Below the pieces are notes generated by a model. It was given only the letters and a program-made list of their open reading frames with translations, was not told the DNA's origin and ran no database searches. The translations under genes were made by a program, and so were the position numbers. From NCBI RefSeq assembly GCF_024502345.1, contig NZ_JALDNN010000001.1: a stretch of 64,000 bases of DNA; one strand, given 5' to 3'. Position 1 is the first letter of the stretch. Each line of letters starts with the position of its first letter. Positions 36,604-51,286 of this stretch are shown piece after piece. The DNA comes from Escherichia coli. GTDB taxonomy: Bacteria > Pseudomonadota > Gammaproteobacteria > Enterobacterales > Enterobacteriaceae.

Positions 36604-39360
36604 TTACCCGAGAATTTTGCTGGCTTCGCGCGCGACATTATCCATCTCGTCCAACAGTTCCAGCAGCTCCGGCTCCAAATCTTCTTCTTTAGTACCGCTA
36701 CGTAGCTGTTGTTCGATCAGTTGGCAGAGATTCTTCATACGCGGCACACCGCTATAGCCGCAACTGCCATGCAGTTTATGAATCAAATCAACCAGGCCTT
36801 CCGGGTTTTCTCCAACCAGCTGCTCCTCAACTTTGTTGCGAACTTCAGGCAGGAAATCGAGTAACATTTGCAGCATATCGCGCGCTAAATCGGTTTTTCC
36901 TGCTGCCTGGCGTAGTGCCAGTTGCCAGTCGAGGGTCGCATTCGGGTTCACCACAATTTCGTTGACTTCGGGCGTCACGACGCGAGACGAAATACCGCTG
37001 CCAGGCTTGTAGCGCAACAACAAATTATGCAATCGCTCTTCTTCAATCGGTTTCGCCAGATAATCGCTCATCCCTGCGCCAAGCAGCTTCTCTTTTTGCC
37101 CGGCCATTGCATGCGCCGTTACCGCGATAACCGGCGTTTGTTGCTGATGGGGGAGCTGGTGGATGAGCTCGCAGGCCCGAATGCCATCCATGTCAGGCAT
37201 TTGAATATCCATTAAGATCAAATCGAACGGCATCTGTTTCGCCCGTTCAACCGCCTGATGCCCGCTATCGCAAAGTTCCATATGTTGCACCATATCTTCC
37301 AGCAATGCGCCGATAAGTTTCAGGTTAGCGGGGTTGTCATCAACTGCCATGACTGTCATTGCCAGCTTGCTTTCATCGGTTACAGGCAAAAGCGTGTTTT
37401 GTTTGTGATGACAAAATTCCGTCAGGGCAGGCAACAGGCGCGTAGGTGTTAATGGTTTCAGCAGACACGCGCCGATACCATCTTGCTTGAGTTTTTCTGC
37501 ATTGACTTGTGCATGGCAAGGAAGTGCCAGCATCAGGAAATCGGTCATCGATACCGCTTTCGCTAATCGCTCATGTTGCATTGTTAGCGGCTCGCGGAAG
37601 GTCACCGCGATGCCTAACAACATCATGTCGTAATGCGCGGGAGGCAGCGCGGAGAACGTTGGGCTATAAACCACTTCCAGCGGCGTTTCACTTAAAATAT
37701 CCAGCGTGCATTGCGCTGCTGCGGAGTTTGGTTCGACATAGGCCAGGCGCTTACCGGCGAGGCACTGGGTGGATGGCCCTTCGATAATAATGTTCGGGTT
37801 CAGATCGAGATTAATGTGGAACCAGAAAGTTGAACCGCGATTCGGCTGGCTATGGAACGAAATATCGCCGCCCATTTCATTAACCAGTTTTTGTGTAATC
37901 ACCAGCCCCAGACCGGTGCCACCATGACGGCGGGAAATACTGGCATCAGCCTGTCGGAAGGCCTGGAATAAGCGCGATTGATCGCGTTCAGGAATACCAA
38001 TGCCGGTATCCCGAATCTGCACTTCAATCTGCACTTTGGTATTACTCAGCGCACGTTTTTCTACCAGAATATCAATGTTGCCATTCTCGGTGAATTTAAT
38101 TGCATTCCCCACCAGGTTAGTGATGATTTGCTGTAATCGCAGTGGGTCGCCGATCACGTTATCAGGCACGTCGCTTTTAATATTGAGCGTCAGTTCCAAC
38201 CCTTTATCGTGAGAAGAATGTGCCAGCAGAGTAACGACTTCATCCAGCGTGCTGCGTAGTGGGAATGGAATACTTTCCAGAATCAGCTTACCTGCTTCCA
38301 GTTTCGAGAAGTCGAGAACATCATTAATAATTGCCAGCAAATTATTTGCCGAACGTTCAATCGTATTCAGGTGATCGCGCTGCGTTGGTGTTAATTCTGT
38401 TTTCAGCGTCAGGCGGGTAAAGCCAATAACACCATTCAGTGGTGTACGCAGCTCGTGTGACATATTTGCCAGAAACTCGGATTTAATACGCGCCGCTTCC
38501 TGGGCGCGCTTTTTCGCCAGATCTAACTCAACGTTCTGAATTTCCATCTGCTCCAGCGTTTCACGCAGATCGGACGTCGCCTGGTCGATATTGTGCTGCA
38601 TCTCTTCGTGATAAGCAGCCAGCGACATTGCCATCGAGTTGATACCGTTTTTCAGCATATCCAGCTCGCCGAGCATAAATCCTTCCACCCGGCTGTCGAG
38701 TTGCCCGCGACGGATGCGGTCGACGGTATTCACCATGTTGCGAATCGGACCGGTTACATCGCGCATTAAGCGCCAGCCAAAAATAAGCGCAATACCGATA
38801 CAAAACAGCATCATCACGCTGGAAATAAAGATCTCTTTATATTGCTGCAAGCGAACCGATTTAAGATCCAGCTCCAGCGCAATATATCCCAACATATTTT
38901 GACTATTTTTGGCATCGCTACTGGGCGATTCGTCGGGGGAGTAACTCTCAGAAATAATCGGCGTGCGGAGGATCATAATATCGCCGTCACGAGTGACAGT
39001 GAGCTGGCGAGGAAACGGCACGTTGCTGCCGAGCTGCATTGATGAGGGATCAAGATGAAAATTGGAGGTGACAAAGAGTCGGTTATTTTCATCATAAACC
39101 GAAATCGCGCGAACAATATCGGAATGGCGACGATGCAGTACGCTTATTAACTGACCGATAGATTCGCGATTTTGCAGGCTCATGCCATATTCAGTAGAAA
39201 CTGCAAGCGGCTCAATAATGCTGGCACCGGCATCTTCCAGTTGACGCTGCAAGTCGTTATAGCGATGCACGACGAAAAAGATACTCAGCAATAAACCAAT
39301 AAGGACGGTCGGTGCCAGGATCAGAATCATCATGCGTGCGCGCAGGCTGTAGTTGGTCAT
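36604..39360 (-). CDS. barA: Tripartite sensor histidine kinase BarA (918 aa)
   Basis: 918-aa ORF with HAMP, HisKA/HATPase, receiver and HPt domains; recognised as BarA. Confidence 0.93.
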   Translation of the reverse strand: MTNYSLRARMMILILAPTVLIGLLLSIFFVVHRYNDLQRQLEDAGASIIEPLAVSTEYGMSLQNRESIGQLISVLHRRHSDIVRAISVYDENNRLFVTSNFHLDPSSMQLGSNVPFPRQLTVTRDGDIMILRTPIISESYSPDESPSSDAKNSQNMLGYIALELDLKSVRLQQYKEIFISSVMMLFCIGIALIFGWRLMRDVTGPIRNMVNTVDRIRRGQLDSRVEGFMLGELDMLKNGINSMAMSLAAYHEEMQHNIDQATSDLRETLEQMEIQNVELDLAKKRAQEAARIKSEFLANMSHELRTPLNGVIGFTRLTLKTELTPTQRDHLNTIERSANNLLAIINDVLDFSKLEAGKLILESIPFPLRSTLDEVVTLLAHSSHDKGLELTLNIKSDVPDNVIGDPLRLQQIITNLVGNAIKFTENGNIDILVEKRALSNTKVQIEVQIRDTGIGIPERDQSRLFQAFRQADASISRRHGGTGLGLVITQKLVNEMGGDISFHSQPNRGSTFWFHINLDLNPNIIIEGPSTQCLAGKRLAYVEPNSAAAQCTLDILSETPLEVVYSPTFSALPPAHYDMMLLGIAVTFREPLTMQHERLAKAVSMTDFLMLALPCHAQVNAEKLKQDGIGACLLKPLTPTRLLPALTEFCHHKQNTLLPVTDESKLAMTVMAVDDNPANLKLIGALLEDMVQHMELCDSGHQAVERAKQMPFDLILMDIQMPDMDGIRACELIHQLPHQQQTPVIAVTAHAMAGQKEKLLGAGMSDYLAKPIEEERLHNLLLRYKPGSGISSRVVTPEVNEIVVNPNATLDWQLALRQAAGKTDLARDMLQMLLDFLPEVRNKVEEQLVGENPEGLVDLIHKLHGSCGYSGVPRMKNLCQLIEQQLRSGTKEEDLEPELLELLDEMDNVAREASKILG

Positions 39361-39416
39361 GGAGTTCCGTTATGGGACAATTAAGGTCACACTGTTAAAT
39401 TGAGAAAGTCTCGCCA

Positions 39417-40718
39417 ATGGCGCAATTCTACTCTGCAAAACGACGCACGACGACGCGTCAGATCATAACCGTTTCAGTCAACGACCTCGACTCTTTTGGT
39501 CAGGGCGTGGCGCGACATAACGGCAAAACGTTATTTATCCCCGGATTATTGCCGCAGGAAAACGCGGAAGTTGCTGTTACTGAAGATAAAAAACAGTATG
39601 CCCGCGCTAAAGTCGTACGCCGGTTAAGCGATAGCCCGGAACGCGAAACGCCACGCTGTCCTCATTTTGGCGTATGCGGCGGCTGTCAGCAACAACACGC
39701 CAGCGTGGATTTACAGCAGCGAAGCAAAAGTGCGGCACTCGCCCGATTAATGAAACACGATGTCTCTGAAGTGATCGCCGATGTTCCCTGGGGCTATCGC
39801 CGCCGCGCGCGTTTAAGTCTGAACTACTTACCGAAAACACAGCAACTTCAGATGGGGTTTCGCAAAGCGGGCTCCAGTGACATTGTCGACGTTAAACAAT
39901 GCCCCATTTTAGTGCCCCAACTTGAAGCATTGCTGCCCAAAGTCAGGCCATGCCTGGGCAGCTTACAAGTTATGCGCCATCTTGGTCATGTTGAACTGGT
40001 ACAGGCAACCAGCGGCACGCTGATGATTTTGCGCCATACCGCACCGCTAAGTTCGGCAGATCGCGAAAAACTGGAACGCTTTTCGCATTCTGAAGGCCTG
40101 GATCTGTATCTCGCCCCCGATAGTGAGATACTCGAAACCGTCTCTGGTGAGATGCCCTGGTATGACTCAAACGGGTTGCGCTTAACTTTTAGCCCGCGCG
40201 ATTTTATTCAGGTCAATGCGGGTGTGAACCAAAAAATGGTAGCGCGTGCGTTGGAATGGCTGGATGTGCAACCTGAAGATCGCGTACTGGATCTGTTCTG
40301 CGGTATGGGCAACTTTACACTGCCATTGGCGAAACAAGCAGCCAGTGTGGTCGGTGTAGAAGGTGTTCCGGCGCTGGTGGAAAAAGGCCAGCAGAATGCG
40401 CGTCTTAATGGTTTACAGAATGTGACGTTTTATCACGAAAATCTTGAAGAAGATGTCACAAAGCAGCCGTGGGCGAAAAACGGCTTCGATAAAGTGTTGC
40501 TGGACCCGGCGCGAGCAGGTGCCGCAGGTGTTATGCAGCAAATTATAAAACTGGAACCTATTCGTATAGTTTATGTATCCTGTAACCCTGCAACGCTGGC
40601 TCGGGATAGCGAAGCGTTATTAAAAGCAGGATATACCATTGCGCGACTGGCGATGCTGGATATGTTCCCACACACGGGACATCTGGAATCGATGGTACTT
40701 TTCTCGCGCGTTAAATAG
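39417..40718 (+). CDS. rlmD: 23S rRNA m5U1939 methyltransferase RlmD (RumA, 433 aa)
   Basis: 433-aa ORF with TRAM domain and Fe-S cysteine cluster. Confidence 0.9.
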   Translation: MAQFYSAKRRTTTRQIITVSVNDLDSFGQGVARHNGKTLFIPGLLPQENAEVAVTEDKKQYARAKVVRRLSDSPERETPRCPHFGVCGGCQQQHASVDLQQRSKSAALARLMKHDVSEVIADVPWGYRRRARLSLNYLPKTQQLQMGFRKAGSSDIVDVKQCPILVPQLEALLPKVRPCLGSLQVMRHLGHVELVQATSGTLMILRHTAPLSSADREKLERFSHSEGLDLYLAPDSEILETVSGEMPWYDSNGLRLTFSPRDFIQVNAGVNQKMVARALEWLDVQPEDRVLDLFCGMGNFTLPLAKQAASVVGVEGVPALVEKGQQNARLNGLQNVTFYHENLEEDVTKQPWAKNGFDKVLLDPARAGAAGVMQQIIKLEPIRIVYVSCNPATLARDSEALLKAGYTIARLAMLDMFPHTGHLESMVLFSRVK

Positions 40719-40765
40719 TTACGATTTGCCGATTTCGGCAGGTCTGGTCCCTAAAGGAGAGGACA

Positions 40766-43000
40766 ATGGTTGCGGTAAGAAGTGCACATATCAATAAGGC
40801 TGGTGAATTTGATCCGGAAAAATGGATCGCAAGTCTGGGTATTACCAGCCAGAAGTCGTGTGAGTGCTTAGCCGAAACCTGGGCGTATTGTCTGCAACAG
40901 ACGCAGGGGCATCCGGATGCCAGTCTGTTATTGTGGCGTGGTGTTGAGATGGTGGAGATCCTCTCGACATTAAGTATGGACATTGACACGCTGCGGGCGG
41001 CGCTGCTGTTCCCTCTGGCCGATGCCAACGTAGTCAGCGAAGATGTGCTGCGTGAGAGCGTCGGTAAGTCTGTCGTTAACCTTATTCACGGCGTGCGTGA
41101 TATGGCGGCGATCCGCCAGCTGAAAGCGACGCACACTGATTCTGTTTCCTCCGAACAGGTCGATAACGTTCGCCGGATGTTATTGGCGATGGTCGATGAT
41201 TTTCGCTGCGTGGTCATCAAACTGGCGGAGCGTATTGCTCATCTGCGCGAAGTAAAAGATGCGCCGGAAGATGAACGCGTACTGGCGGCAAAAGAGTGCA
41301 CCAATATCTACGCGCCGTTGGCGAACCGTCTTGGGATTGGGCAACTGAAATGGGAGCTGGAAGATTACTGCTTCCGTTATCTGCACCCGACCGAATACAA
41401 ACGCATCGCAAAACTGCTGCATGAACGCCGTCTCGACCGCGAACACTATATCGAAGAGTTTGTCGGTCATCTGCGCGCTGAGATGAAAGCTGAAGGCGTT
41501 AAAGCTGAAGTGTATGGCCGTCCGAAACACATCTACAGCATCTGGCGCAAAATGCAGAAAAAGAACCTCGCCTTCGATGAGCTGTTTGATGTGCGTGCGG
41601 TACGTATTGTCGCCGAGCGTTTACAGGATTGTTATGCCGCACTGGGGATAGTGCACACTCACTATCGCCACCTGCCGGATGAGTTTGACGATTATGTCGC
41701 TAACCCGAAACCAAACGGTTATCAGTCTATTCATACCGTGGTTCTGGGGCCAGGTGGCAAAACCGTTGAGATCCAAATCCGCACCAAACAGATGCATGAA
41801 GATGCAGAGTTGGGTGTTGCTGCGCACTGGAAATATAAAGAGGGCGCGGCAGCTGGCGGCGCACGTTCGGGACATGAAGACCGGATTGCCTGGCTGCGTA
41901 AACTGATTGCGTGGCAGGAAGAGATGGCTGATTCCGGCGAAATGCTCGACGAAGTACGCAGCCAGGTCTTTGACGACCGGGTGTATGTCTTTACGCCGAA
42001 AGGTGATGTCGTTGATTTGCCTGCGGGATCAACGCCGCTGGACTTCGCTTACCACATCCACAGTGATGTCGGACACCGCTGCATCGGGGCAAAAATTGGC
42101 GGGCGCATTGTGCCGTTCACCTACCAGCTGCAGATGGGCGACCAGATTGAAATTATCACCCAGAAACAGCCGAACCCCAGCCGTGACTGGTTAAACCCAA
42201 ACCTCGGTTACGTCACAACCAGCCGTGGGCGTTCGAAAATTCACGCCTGGTTCCGTAAACAGGACCGTGACAAAAACATTCTGGCTGGGCGGCAAATCCT
42301 TGACGACGAGCTGGAACATCTGGGGATCAGCCTGAAAGAAGCAGAAAAACATCTGCTGCCGCGTTACAACTTTAATGATGTCGACGAGTTGCTGGCGGCG
42401 ATTGGTGGCGGGGATATCCGTCTCAATCAGATGGTGAACTTCCTGCAATCGCAATTTAATAAGCCGAGTGCCGAAGAGCAGGACGCCGCCGCGCTGAAGC
42501 AACTTCAGCAAAAAAGCTACACGCCGCAAAACCGCAGTAAAGATAACGGTCGCGTGGTAGTCGAAGGTGTTGGCAACCTGATGCACCACATCGCGCGCTG
42601 CTGCCAGCCGATTCCTGGAGATGAGATTGTCGGCTTCATTACCCAGGGGCGCGGTATTTCAGTACACCGCGCCGATTGCGAACAACTGGCGGAACTGCGC
42701 TCCCATGCGCCAGAACGCATTGTTGACGCGGTATGGGGTGAGAGCTACTCCGCCGGATATTCGCTGGTGGTCCGCGTGGTGGCTAATGATCGTAGTGGGT
42801 TGTTACGTGATATCACGACCATTCTCGCCAACGAGAAGGTGAACGTGCTTGGCGTTGCCAGCCGTAGCGACACCAAACAGCAACTGGCGACCATCGACAT
42901 GACCATTGAGATTTACAACCTGCAAGTGCTGGGGCGCGTGCTGGGTAAACTCAACCAGGTGCCGGATGTTATCGACGCGCGTCGGTTGCACGGGAGTTAG
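40766..43000 (+). CDS. relA: GTP pyrophosphokinase RelA, (p)ppGpp synthetase I (744 aa)
   Basis: 744-aa ORF recognised as RelA. Confidence 0.95.
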   Translation: MVAVRSAHINKAGEFDPEKWIASLGITSQKSCECLAETWAYCLQQTQGHPDASLLLWRGVEMVEILSTLSMDIDTLRAALLFPLADANVVSEDVLRESVGKSVVNLIHGVRDMAAIRQLKATHTDSVSSEQVDNVRRMLLAMVDDFRCVVIKLAERIAHLREVKDAPEDERVLAAKECTNIYAPLANRLGIGQLKWELEDYCFRYLHPTEYKRIAKLLHERRLDREHYIEEFVGHLRAEMKAEGVKAEVYGRPKHIYSIWRKMQKKNLAFDELFDVRAVRIVAERLQDCYAALGIVHTHYRHLPDEFDDYVANPKPNGYQSIHTVVLGPGGKTVEIQIRTKQMHEDAELGVAAHWKYKEGAAAGGARSGHEDRIAWLRKLIAWQEEMADSGEMLDEVRSQVFDDRVYVFTPKGDVVDLPAGSTPLDFAYHIHSDVGHRCIGAKIGGRIVPFTYQLQMGDQIEIITQKQPNPSRDWLNPNLGYVTTSRGRSKIHAWFRKQDRDKNILAGRQILDDELEHLGISLKEAEKHLLPRYNFNDVDELLAAIGGGDIRLNQMVNFLQSQFNKPSAEEQDAAALKQLQQKSYTPQNRSKDNGRVVVEGVGNLMHHIARCCQPIPGDEIVGFITQGRGISVHRADCEQLAELRSHAPERIVDAVWGESYSAGYSLVVRVVANDRSGLLRDITTILANEKVNVLGVASRSDTKQQLATIDMTIEIYNLQVLGRVLGKLNQVPDVIDARRLHGS

Positions 43001-43015
43001 GCCGAAATTTGCTCG

Positions 43016-43058
43016 TATCTACAATGTAGATTGATATATACTGTATCTACATATGATA
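43016..43058 (+). promoter_or_regulatory. mazEF promoter region with alternating palindrome
   Basis: Perfect palindrome ATCTACAATGTAGAT followed by overlapping TGTATCTACAT immediately upstream of mazE. Confidence 0.65.
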
Positions 43059-43077
43059 GCGGTTTGAGGAAAGGGTT

Positions 43078-43326
43078 ATGATCCACAGTAGCGTAAAGCG
43101 TTGGGGAAATTCACCGGCGGTGCGGATCCCGGCTACGTTAATGCAGGCGCTCAATCTGAATATTGATGATGAAGTGAAGATTGACCTGGTGGATGGCAAA
43201 TTAATTATTGAGCCAGTGCGTAAAGAGCCCGTATTTACGCTTGCTGAACTGGTCAACGACATCACGCCGGAAAACCTCCACGAGAATATCGACTGGGGAG
43301 AGCCGAAAGATAAGGAAGTCTGGTAA
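43078..43326 (+). CDS. mazE: Antitoxin MazE (82 aa)
   Basis: 82-aa [30 protein letters not shown], AbrB/SpoVT-type fold. Confidence 0.95.
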
Positions 43327-43661
43327 TGGTAAGCCGATACGTACCCGATATGGGCGATCTGATTTGGGTTGATTTTGACCCGACAAAAGGTAGCGAGCAA
43401 GCTGGACATCGTCCAGCTGTTGTCCTGAGTCCTTTCATGTACAACAACAAAACAGGTATGTGTCTGTGTGTTCCTTATACAACGCAATCAAAAGGATATC
43501 CGTTCGAAGTTGTTTTATCCGGTCAGGAACGTGATGGCGTAGCGTTAGCTGATCAGGTAAAAAGTATCGCCTGGCGGGCAAGAGGAGCAACGAAGAAAGG
43601 AACAGTTGCCCCAGAGGAATTACAACTCATTAAAGCCAAAATTAACGTACTGATTGGGTAG
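43326..43661 (+). CDS. mazF: Toxin MazF, ACA-specific mRNA interferase (111 aa)
   Basis: 111-aa ORF overlapping the mazE stop; recognised as MazF. Confidence 0.95.
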   Translation: MVSRYVPDMGDLIWVDFDPTKGSEQAGHRPAVVLSPFMYNNKTGMCLCVPYTTQSKGYPFEVVLSGQERDGVALADQVKSIAWRARGATKKGTVAPEELQLIKAKINVLIG

Positions 43662-43731
43662 TGTTACTAACTCACTTCTATTCTGGTCACAGGTTTCCAC
43701 CTGATAGACCCGCAATTTTCAGGACAATTCA

Positions 43732-44523
43732 ATGAATCAAATCGACCGTTTGCTCACTATTATGCAGCGCCTGCGCGATCCGGAAAACGGCTGCCCGTGG
43801 GATAAAGAGCAGACATTTGCCACCATTGCGCCTTACACCCTTGAAGAAACCTACGAAGTGCTGGACGCCATCGCCCGTGAAGATTTTGACGATCTTCGCG
43901 GTGAACTGGGCGATCTGCTATTCCAGGTGGTGTTTTACGCGCAAATGGCTCAGGAAGAAGGGCGCTTTGACTTTAATGATATTTGCGCTGCTATTAGCGA
44001 TAAATTAGAGCGTCGCCATCCGCATGTTTTTGCTGATAGTTCTGCCGAAAACAGTAGTGAAGTGCTTGCCCGTTGGGAGCAAATCAAAACCGAAGAGCGC
44101 GCGCAGAAAGCGCAGCATTCGGCGCTGGACGATATTCCTCGTAGTTTACCGGCTTTAATGCGTGCGCAAAAAATCCAGAAACGTTGCGCCAACGTTGGCT
44201 TCGATTGGACGACGCTTGGTCCGGTAGTCGATAAAGTCTACGAAGAGATCGACGAGGTGATGTACGAAGCGCGGCAGGCTGTTGTCGACCAGGCTAAACT
44301 GGAGGAGGAAATGGGGGACCTGCTGTTTGCCACGGTCAATCTGGCTCGTCATTTAGGGACAAAAGCGGAAATCGCATTGCAAAAAGCGAACGAAAAATTT
44401 GAGCGTCGTTTTCGCGAAGTGGAGCGTATTGTTGCCGCGCGTGGACTGGAAATGACAGGTGTTGACCTCGAAACAATGGAAGAAGTCTGGCAACAGGTAA
44501 AACGGCAGGAAATTGATCTCTAA
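43732..44523 (+). CDS. mazG: Nucleoside triphosphate pyrophosphohydrolase MazG (263 aa)
   Basis: 263-aa ORF with tandem MazG domains. Confidence 0.92.
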   Translation: MNQIDRLLTIMQRLRDPENGCPWDKEQTFATIAPYTLEETYEVLDAIAREDFDDLRGELGDLLFQVVFYAQMAQEEGRFDFNDICAAISDKLERRHPHVFADSSAENSSEVLARWEQIKTEERAQKAQHSALDDIPRSLPALMRAQKIQKRCANVGFDWTTLGPVVDKVYEEIDEVMYEARQAVVDQAKLEEEMGDLLFATVNLARHLGTKAEIALQKANEKFERRFREVERIVAARGLEMTGVDLETMEEVWQQVKRQEIDL

Positions 44524-44735
44524 GGGAATTACGCGGTCAAGCGCCATTTGTGTCATTTTTTAAATGACAAGCGCTTGATTTGCGTCAAAAACATTTACCC
44601 CAAAGGGGCTATTTTCTCACTCCTGATTTCAATAGTGCGCTGGCGAAGAGGAGGGATAATGAAAGTTTGTGGCACAGGTCATGTTCGGGTATACTGCTTT
44701 CCCGTCCTGGTTATTCCATCGTCTTTTCAACCTAA

Positions 44736-46388
<1,653 letters not shown>

Positions 46389-46460
46389 GTAAAAAAGTTA
46401 GAACGGCAACGCGTACCCTGGGTACGCGTTGTTTGTCTGGAGTTTCAGTTTAACTAGTGA

Positions 46461-47774
<1,314 letters not shown>

Positions 47775-47796
47775 GACTGACTTTATCTGATTTAAA

Positions 47797-47824
47797 AATG
47801 CCAGCCTCCGGGCTGGCATTTTTT
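47797..47824 (+). terminator. Rho-independent terminator of eno
   Basis: 10-bp stem aatgccagcc/ggctggcatt followed by a T-run. Confidence 0.8.
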
Positions 47825-47833
47825 ATGGTTGAG

Positions 47834-48706
47834 TTACCAGCGGCCGGATGCGCCGCCACCTCCAGAAGAACCGCCACCGCCGCTAAATCCGCCGCCACTT
47901 GAGCCTCCACCGGAACCGCTGTTATCTGAATGATAACTTTTACCTGATGCTCTTTTCTGAAGTACACATAAACAGGTAAAGACCATAAATATGGTGAAAG
48001 TAAAAAAGAAGGAAAATACAGCAATGGAAAAAATTTTATCGGAGAACAGGAATAAATCTAAAAGATAGATTGCTGAAATATAGACTCCACTTTTACATGC
48101 GCGACAAAAATTACTGCCTTGATGAAAAAACCAGAAAGGGAAGAACATCACTGCAAATACCCAAAAAATAGCAAAGTAATAATGATCACTGGAAGACGCT
48201 GATTCACTTTCTGAAGGATTAGTCGGATATTGGTGTTGTGAAGTGAGTTGGTTATTCAAAGCGTTTATAGCTAGCTCTAATCCCTGAGCAAATTTTTGTT
48301 GTTTAAATGCGGGTATCATGTTGCTACGGATGATATCTCCAGCCAGAGCATCGGTTACCTTTTCTTCCAGCCCATAACCTACCTGGATGCGGACAGTACG
48401 ATCTGACCAGGCAACAATGATCAGTATCCCATCATTACGTTTGGCATCTCCTAAACGCCAATTGTCAAAAACTCTTGTAGCATATTGTTCAATTGTCTCG
48501 TCTTTGGTTGTGGGAACAATTAATACAGCAATTTGCACTTGGGTATTATTGAAAATAGATTCTAACTTGTGCGTCAGTTCTTTCTTTTCTTGTGAGTTTA
48601 AGCTACTCGTAAGATCCGTAACTTGTTGCTGTAATTGTGGGACAATAGTTGGTTGGGCTGCAACAAAGGAACATACGAAAGTGAACATTAGTATGAAATA
48701 GCGCAT
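47834..48706 (-). CDS. ygcG: TPM-domain protein YgcG with signal peptide and Gly-rich C-terminus (290 aa)
   Basis: ORF 47834..48775; start set at [18 protein letters not shown]; C-terminal [16 protein letters not shown] tail. Confidence 0.8.
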   Translation of the reverse strand: MRYFILMFTFVCSFVAAQPTIVPQLQQQVTDLTSSLNSQEKKELTHKLESIFNNTQVQIAVLIVPTTKDETIEQYATRVFDNWRLGDAKRNDGILIIVAWSDRTVRIQVGYGLEEKVTDALAGDIIRSNMIPAFKQQKFAQGLELAINALNNQLTSQHQYPTNPSESESASSSDHYYFAIFWVFAVMFFPFWFFHQGSNFCRACKSGVYISAIYLLDLFLFSDKIFSIAVFSFFFTFTIFMVFTCLCVLQKRASGKSYHSDNSGSGGGSSGGGFSGGGGSSGGGGASGRW

Positions 48707-48998
48707 TATAAATTTCTCATTAAATCTGGATAAATAAATTGACGGCGGCATCGGTAATTTTAGATTCGTTATCATTAAAAACTAATACAGAAAAAATAAA
48801 TATAATTTTGGTGAATGTTTTGACATGATTAAATCCATTTTCTTTATTTTCTTCTGACATAATACGTTACTCCCTTTAATTATTAACGATATGTTTCGCA
48901 TTTTTCTTTAAATCTGCCTGTAACAGAATGTTAATAAGACATGATTGTTGTGGCAGGATCTGCAATAATTAACAATTATCCACTTCACAGAGAATGCT

Positions 48999-49670
48999 AT
49001 GCAGTACCCGATTAACGAGATGTTCCAGACCCTGCAAGGTGAGGGTTACTTTACCGGCGTCCCCGCCATTTTTATTCGTTTACAGGGATGCCCGGTTGGC
49101 TGTGCCTGGTGCGACACCAAACACACCTGGGAAAAGCTTGAGGATCGGGAAGTCTCCCTTTTCAGCATTCTGGCGAAGACCAAAGAGAGTGATAAGTGGG
49201 GGGCGGCGAGCAGTGAAGACTTGTTGGCTGTCATTAGTCGCCAGGGATACACCGCGCGGCATGTGGTGATTACGGGTGGTGAGCCTTGCATTCATGATTT
49301 GCTACCACTGACTGATCTGCTCGAAAAGAACGGTTTTAGCTGCCAGATCGAAACCAGTGGTACTCATGAGGTACGCTGCACACCGAATACCTGGGTTACC
49401 GTATCACCAAAGCTGAACATGCGCGGCGGCTATGAAGTGTTGTCACAGGCACTGGAGCGAGCCAACGAAATCAAGCATCCAGTGGGGCGCGTACGTGATA
49501 TTGAAGCACTGGATGAACTACTGGCAACGCTGACCGATGATAAACCGCGAGTCATTGCACTGCAGCCGATTAGCCAAAAGGATGATGCCACACGTTTGTG
49601 CATTGAAACCTGCATTGCGCGTAATTGGCGTTTGTCGATGCAAACACATAAATATCTAAATATTGCCTGA
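48999..49670 (+). CDS. queE: 7-carboxy-7-deazaguanine synthase QueE (YgcF, radical SAM, 223 aa)
   Basis: 223-aa ORF with radical-SAM cysteine motif CPVGCAWCDT. Confidence 0.9.
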   Translation: MQYPINEMFQTLQGEGYFTGVPAIFIRLQGCPVGCAWCDTKHTWEKLEDREVSLFSILAKTKESDKWGAASSEDLLAVISRQGYTARHVVITGGEPCIHDLLPLTDLLEKNGFSCQIETSGTHEVRCTPNTWVTVSPKLNMRGGYEVLSQALERANEIKHPVGRVRDIEALDELLATLTDDKPRVIALQPISQKDDATRLCIETCIARNWRLSMQTHKYLNIA

Positions 49671-49689
49671 TTAAACATTTATAAGCGTT

Positions 49690-50009
49690 ATAAATGGGTG
49701 GAACCTGTAAAGACTTCTACTCATTTATATTGTTTGTCGCCTCTGAAAACTCCTCCATTTTACCCATCCAGGGCTAATCATTAGCATTCTCTACAAATTC
49801 TGTGGCATTAATTTTTCGCTGGAGTGAAAATTATTGCGGTAAAGTTTGGTAGATTTTAGTTTGTATAGAGTTATTTTAAATATTTACCTTTTTAATCAAT
49901 GGATTAAGTGCTCTTTAACATAATGGATGTGTTGTTTGTGTGATACTATAAAGTTGGTAGATTGTGACTGGCTTAAAAAATCATTAATTAATAATAGGTT
50001 ATGTTTAGA
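49690..50009 (+). promoter_or_regulatory. AT-rich CRISPR leader
   Basis: AT-rich non-coding stretch directly abutting the first repeat, on the side opposite the degenerate terminal repeat. Confidence 0.6.
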
Positions 50010-50832
50010 GTGTTCCCCGCGCCAGCGGGGATAAACCGCGCGATTTGTTAGCGCCCGTTGCGCCTGGTGGGTGTTCCCCGCGCCAGCGGGGATAAACCGC
50101 GCGAGTTCGTGCGCATGGGGCGCATTTTTGGCGTGTTCCCCGCGCCAGCGGGGATAAACCGCGGCGTTCATGCCCTCCAGCACTGTTACGCGGGTGTTCC
50201 CCGCGCCAGCGGGGATAAACCGTAGTCAAGCGGTAATTCATCGCCTGCAGATCCGAGTTCCCCGCGCCAGCGGGGATAAACCGGCTAATTTACGTAATTT
50301 ACGTGCTATTGCACTGAGTTCCCCGCGCCAGCGGGGATAAACCGTGGGTCATGCCGGTGATCGCCTGCCCGTCGTGGAGTTCCCCGCGCCAGCGGGGATA
50401 AACCATCACCACCGCTTGTCATAAAATTAGCGTCATAGAGTTCCCCGCGCCAGCGGGGATAAACCGGGGAGTGGCACTTCTGGGGTAGCGGCGGCCCTGA
50501 GTTCCCCGCGCCAGCGGGGATAAACCGTCAACGCGCTCAGACGTTGCGTGAGTGAACCAGAGTTCCCCGCGCCAGCGGGGATAAACCGAAATATCCAGGG
50601 CTGGGCTGGAGGCAGACGGCGAGTTCCCCGCGCCAGCGGGGATAAACCGGCGTTGATGTTCTTGCGGGTGTTGCAAATATTGAGTTCCCCGCGCCAGCGG
50701 GGATAAACCGTTTCAGCAGTTCAGCGTAACACCGACGGTCACGAGTTCCCCGCGCCAGCGGGGATAAACCGCCCGGAATGCATTCTGAAGGTTTGCTGTA
50801 TATGAGTTCCCCGCGCCAGCGGGGATAAACCA
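50010..50832 (+). CRISPR. Type I-E CRISPR array: 14 repeats of 29 bp, 13 spacers (32-33 bp)
   Basis: Repeat GAGTTCCCCGCGCCAGCGGGGATAAACCG at strict 61-62 bp periodicity from 50010 to 50804; the first 3 repeats carry a GTG variant, and repeats 7 and 14 end in A. Confidence 0.97.
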
Positions 50833-51286
50833 CCATATAACCCGTTATCTCTTTCTCAAGTTTTTATATTAGCAGTACTTGTAATAAGCAACATATCCAC
50901 GTAACACCTCATGTTCAAAATAGTTCTCCATGCCAGAGAGGTTCACAATTATCGATACAAAAAATTAAATTTAATCAAAGTGTTATTTGTATGACTCTTA
51001 AATCGTTAAGAAATTTTAATCTATTATTTTTTTAATATTGAATTAATGCCTGTTAATTTTTTCTTTAGAATAACAGTATATTTTTTAAGCTTGTTATTCA
51101 TTGGTTAAGTAATAAATCTGGAAGTTTGTCTTTGTTTTGAGGCTAATGAGTGGTTTTACATAACCGCCTCTATACGCTGTTGATGAATAGTTCTTATGAA
51201 TAAAGATATCCAGTTCATACTTTAAGTGAAAATTGATAAAGTGCGATTCGTATTGTCTTTAATTCTAAAGACATCGAGTGTAGTTA

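Noticed and set aside
47834-48706. Gly-rich C-terminal tail of ygcG as a possible separate low-complexity repeat element
   Set aside because: It is in frame and contiguous with the TPM-domain ORF and is best read as a flexible C-terminal tail.
49896-50836. ORFs encoding repeated VYPRWRGE/FIPAGAGN peptides
   Set aside because: They read through the CRISPR repeats; the periodic peptide motif is the translated repeat, not a gene.
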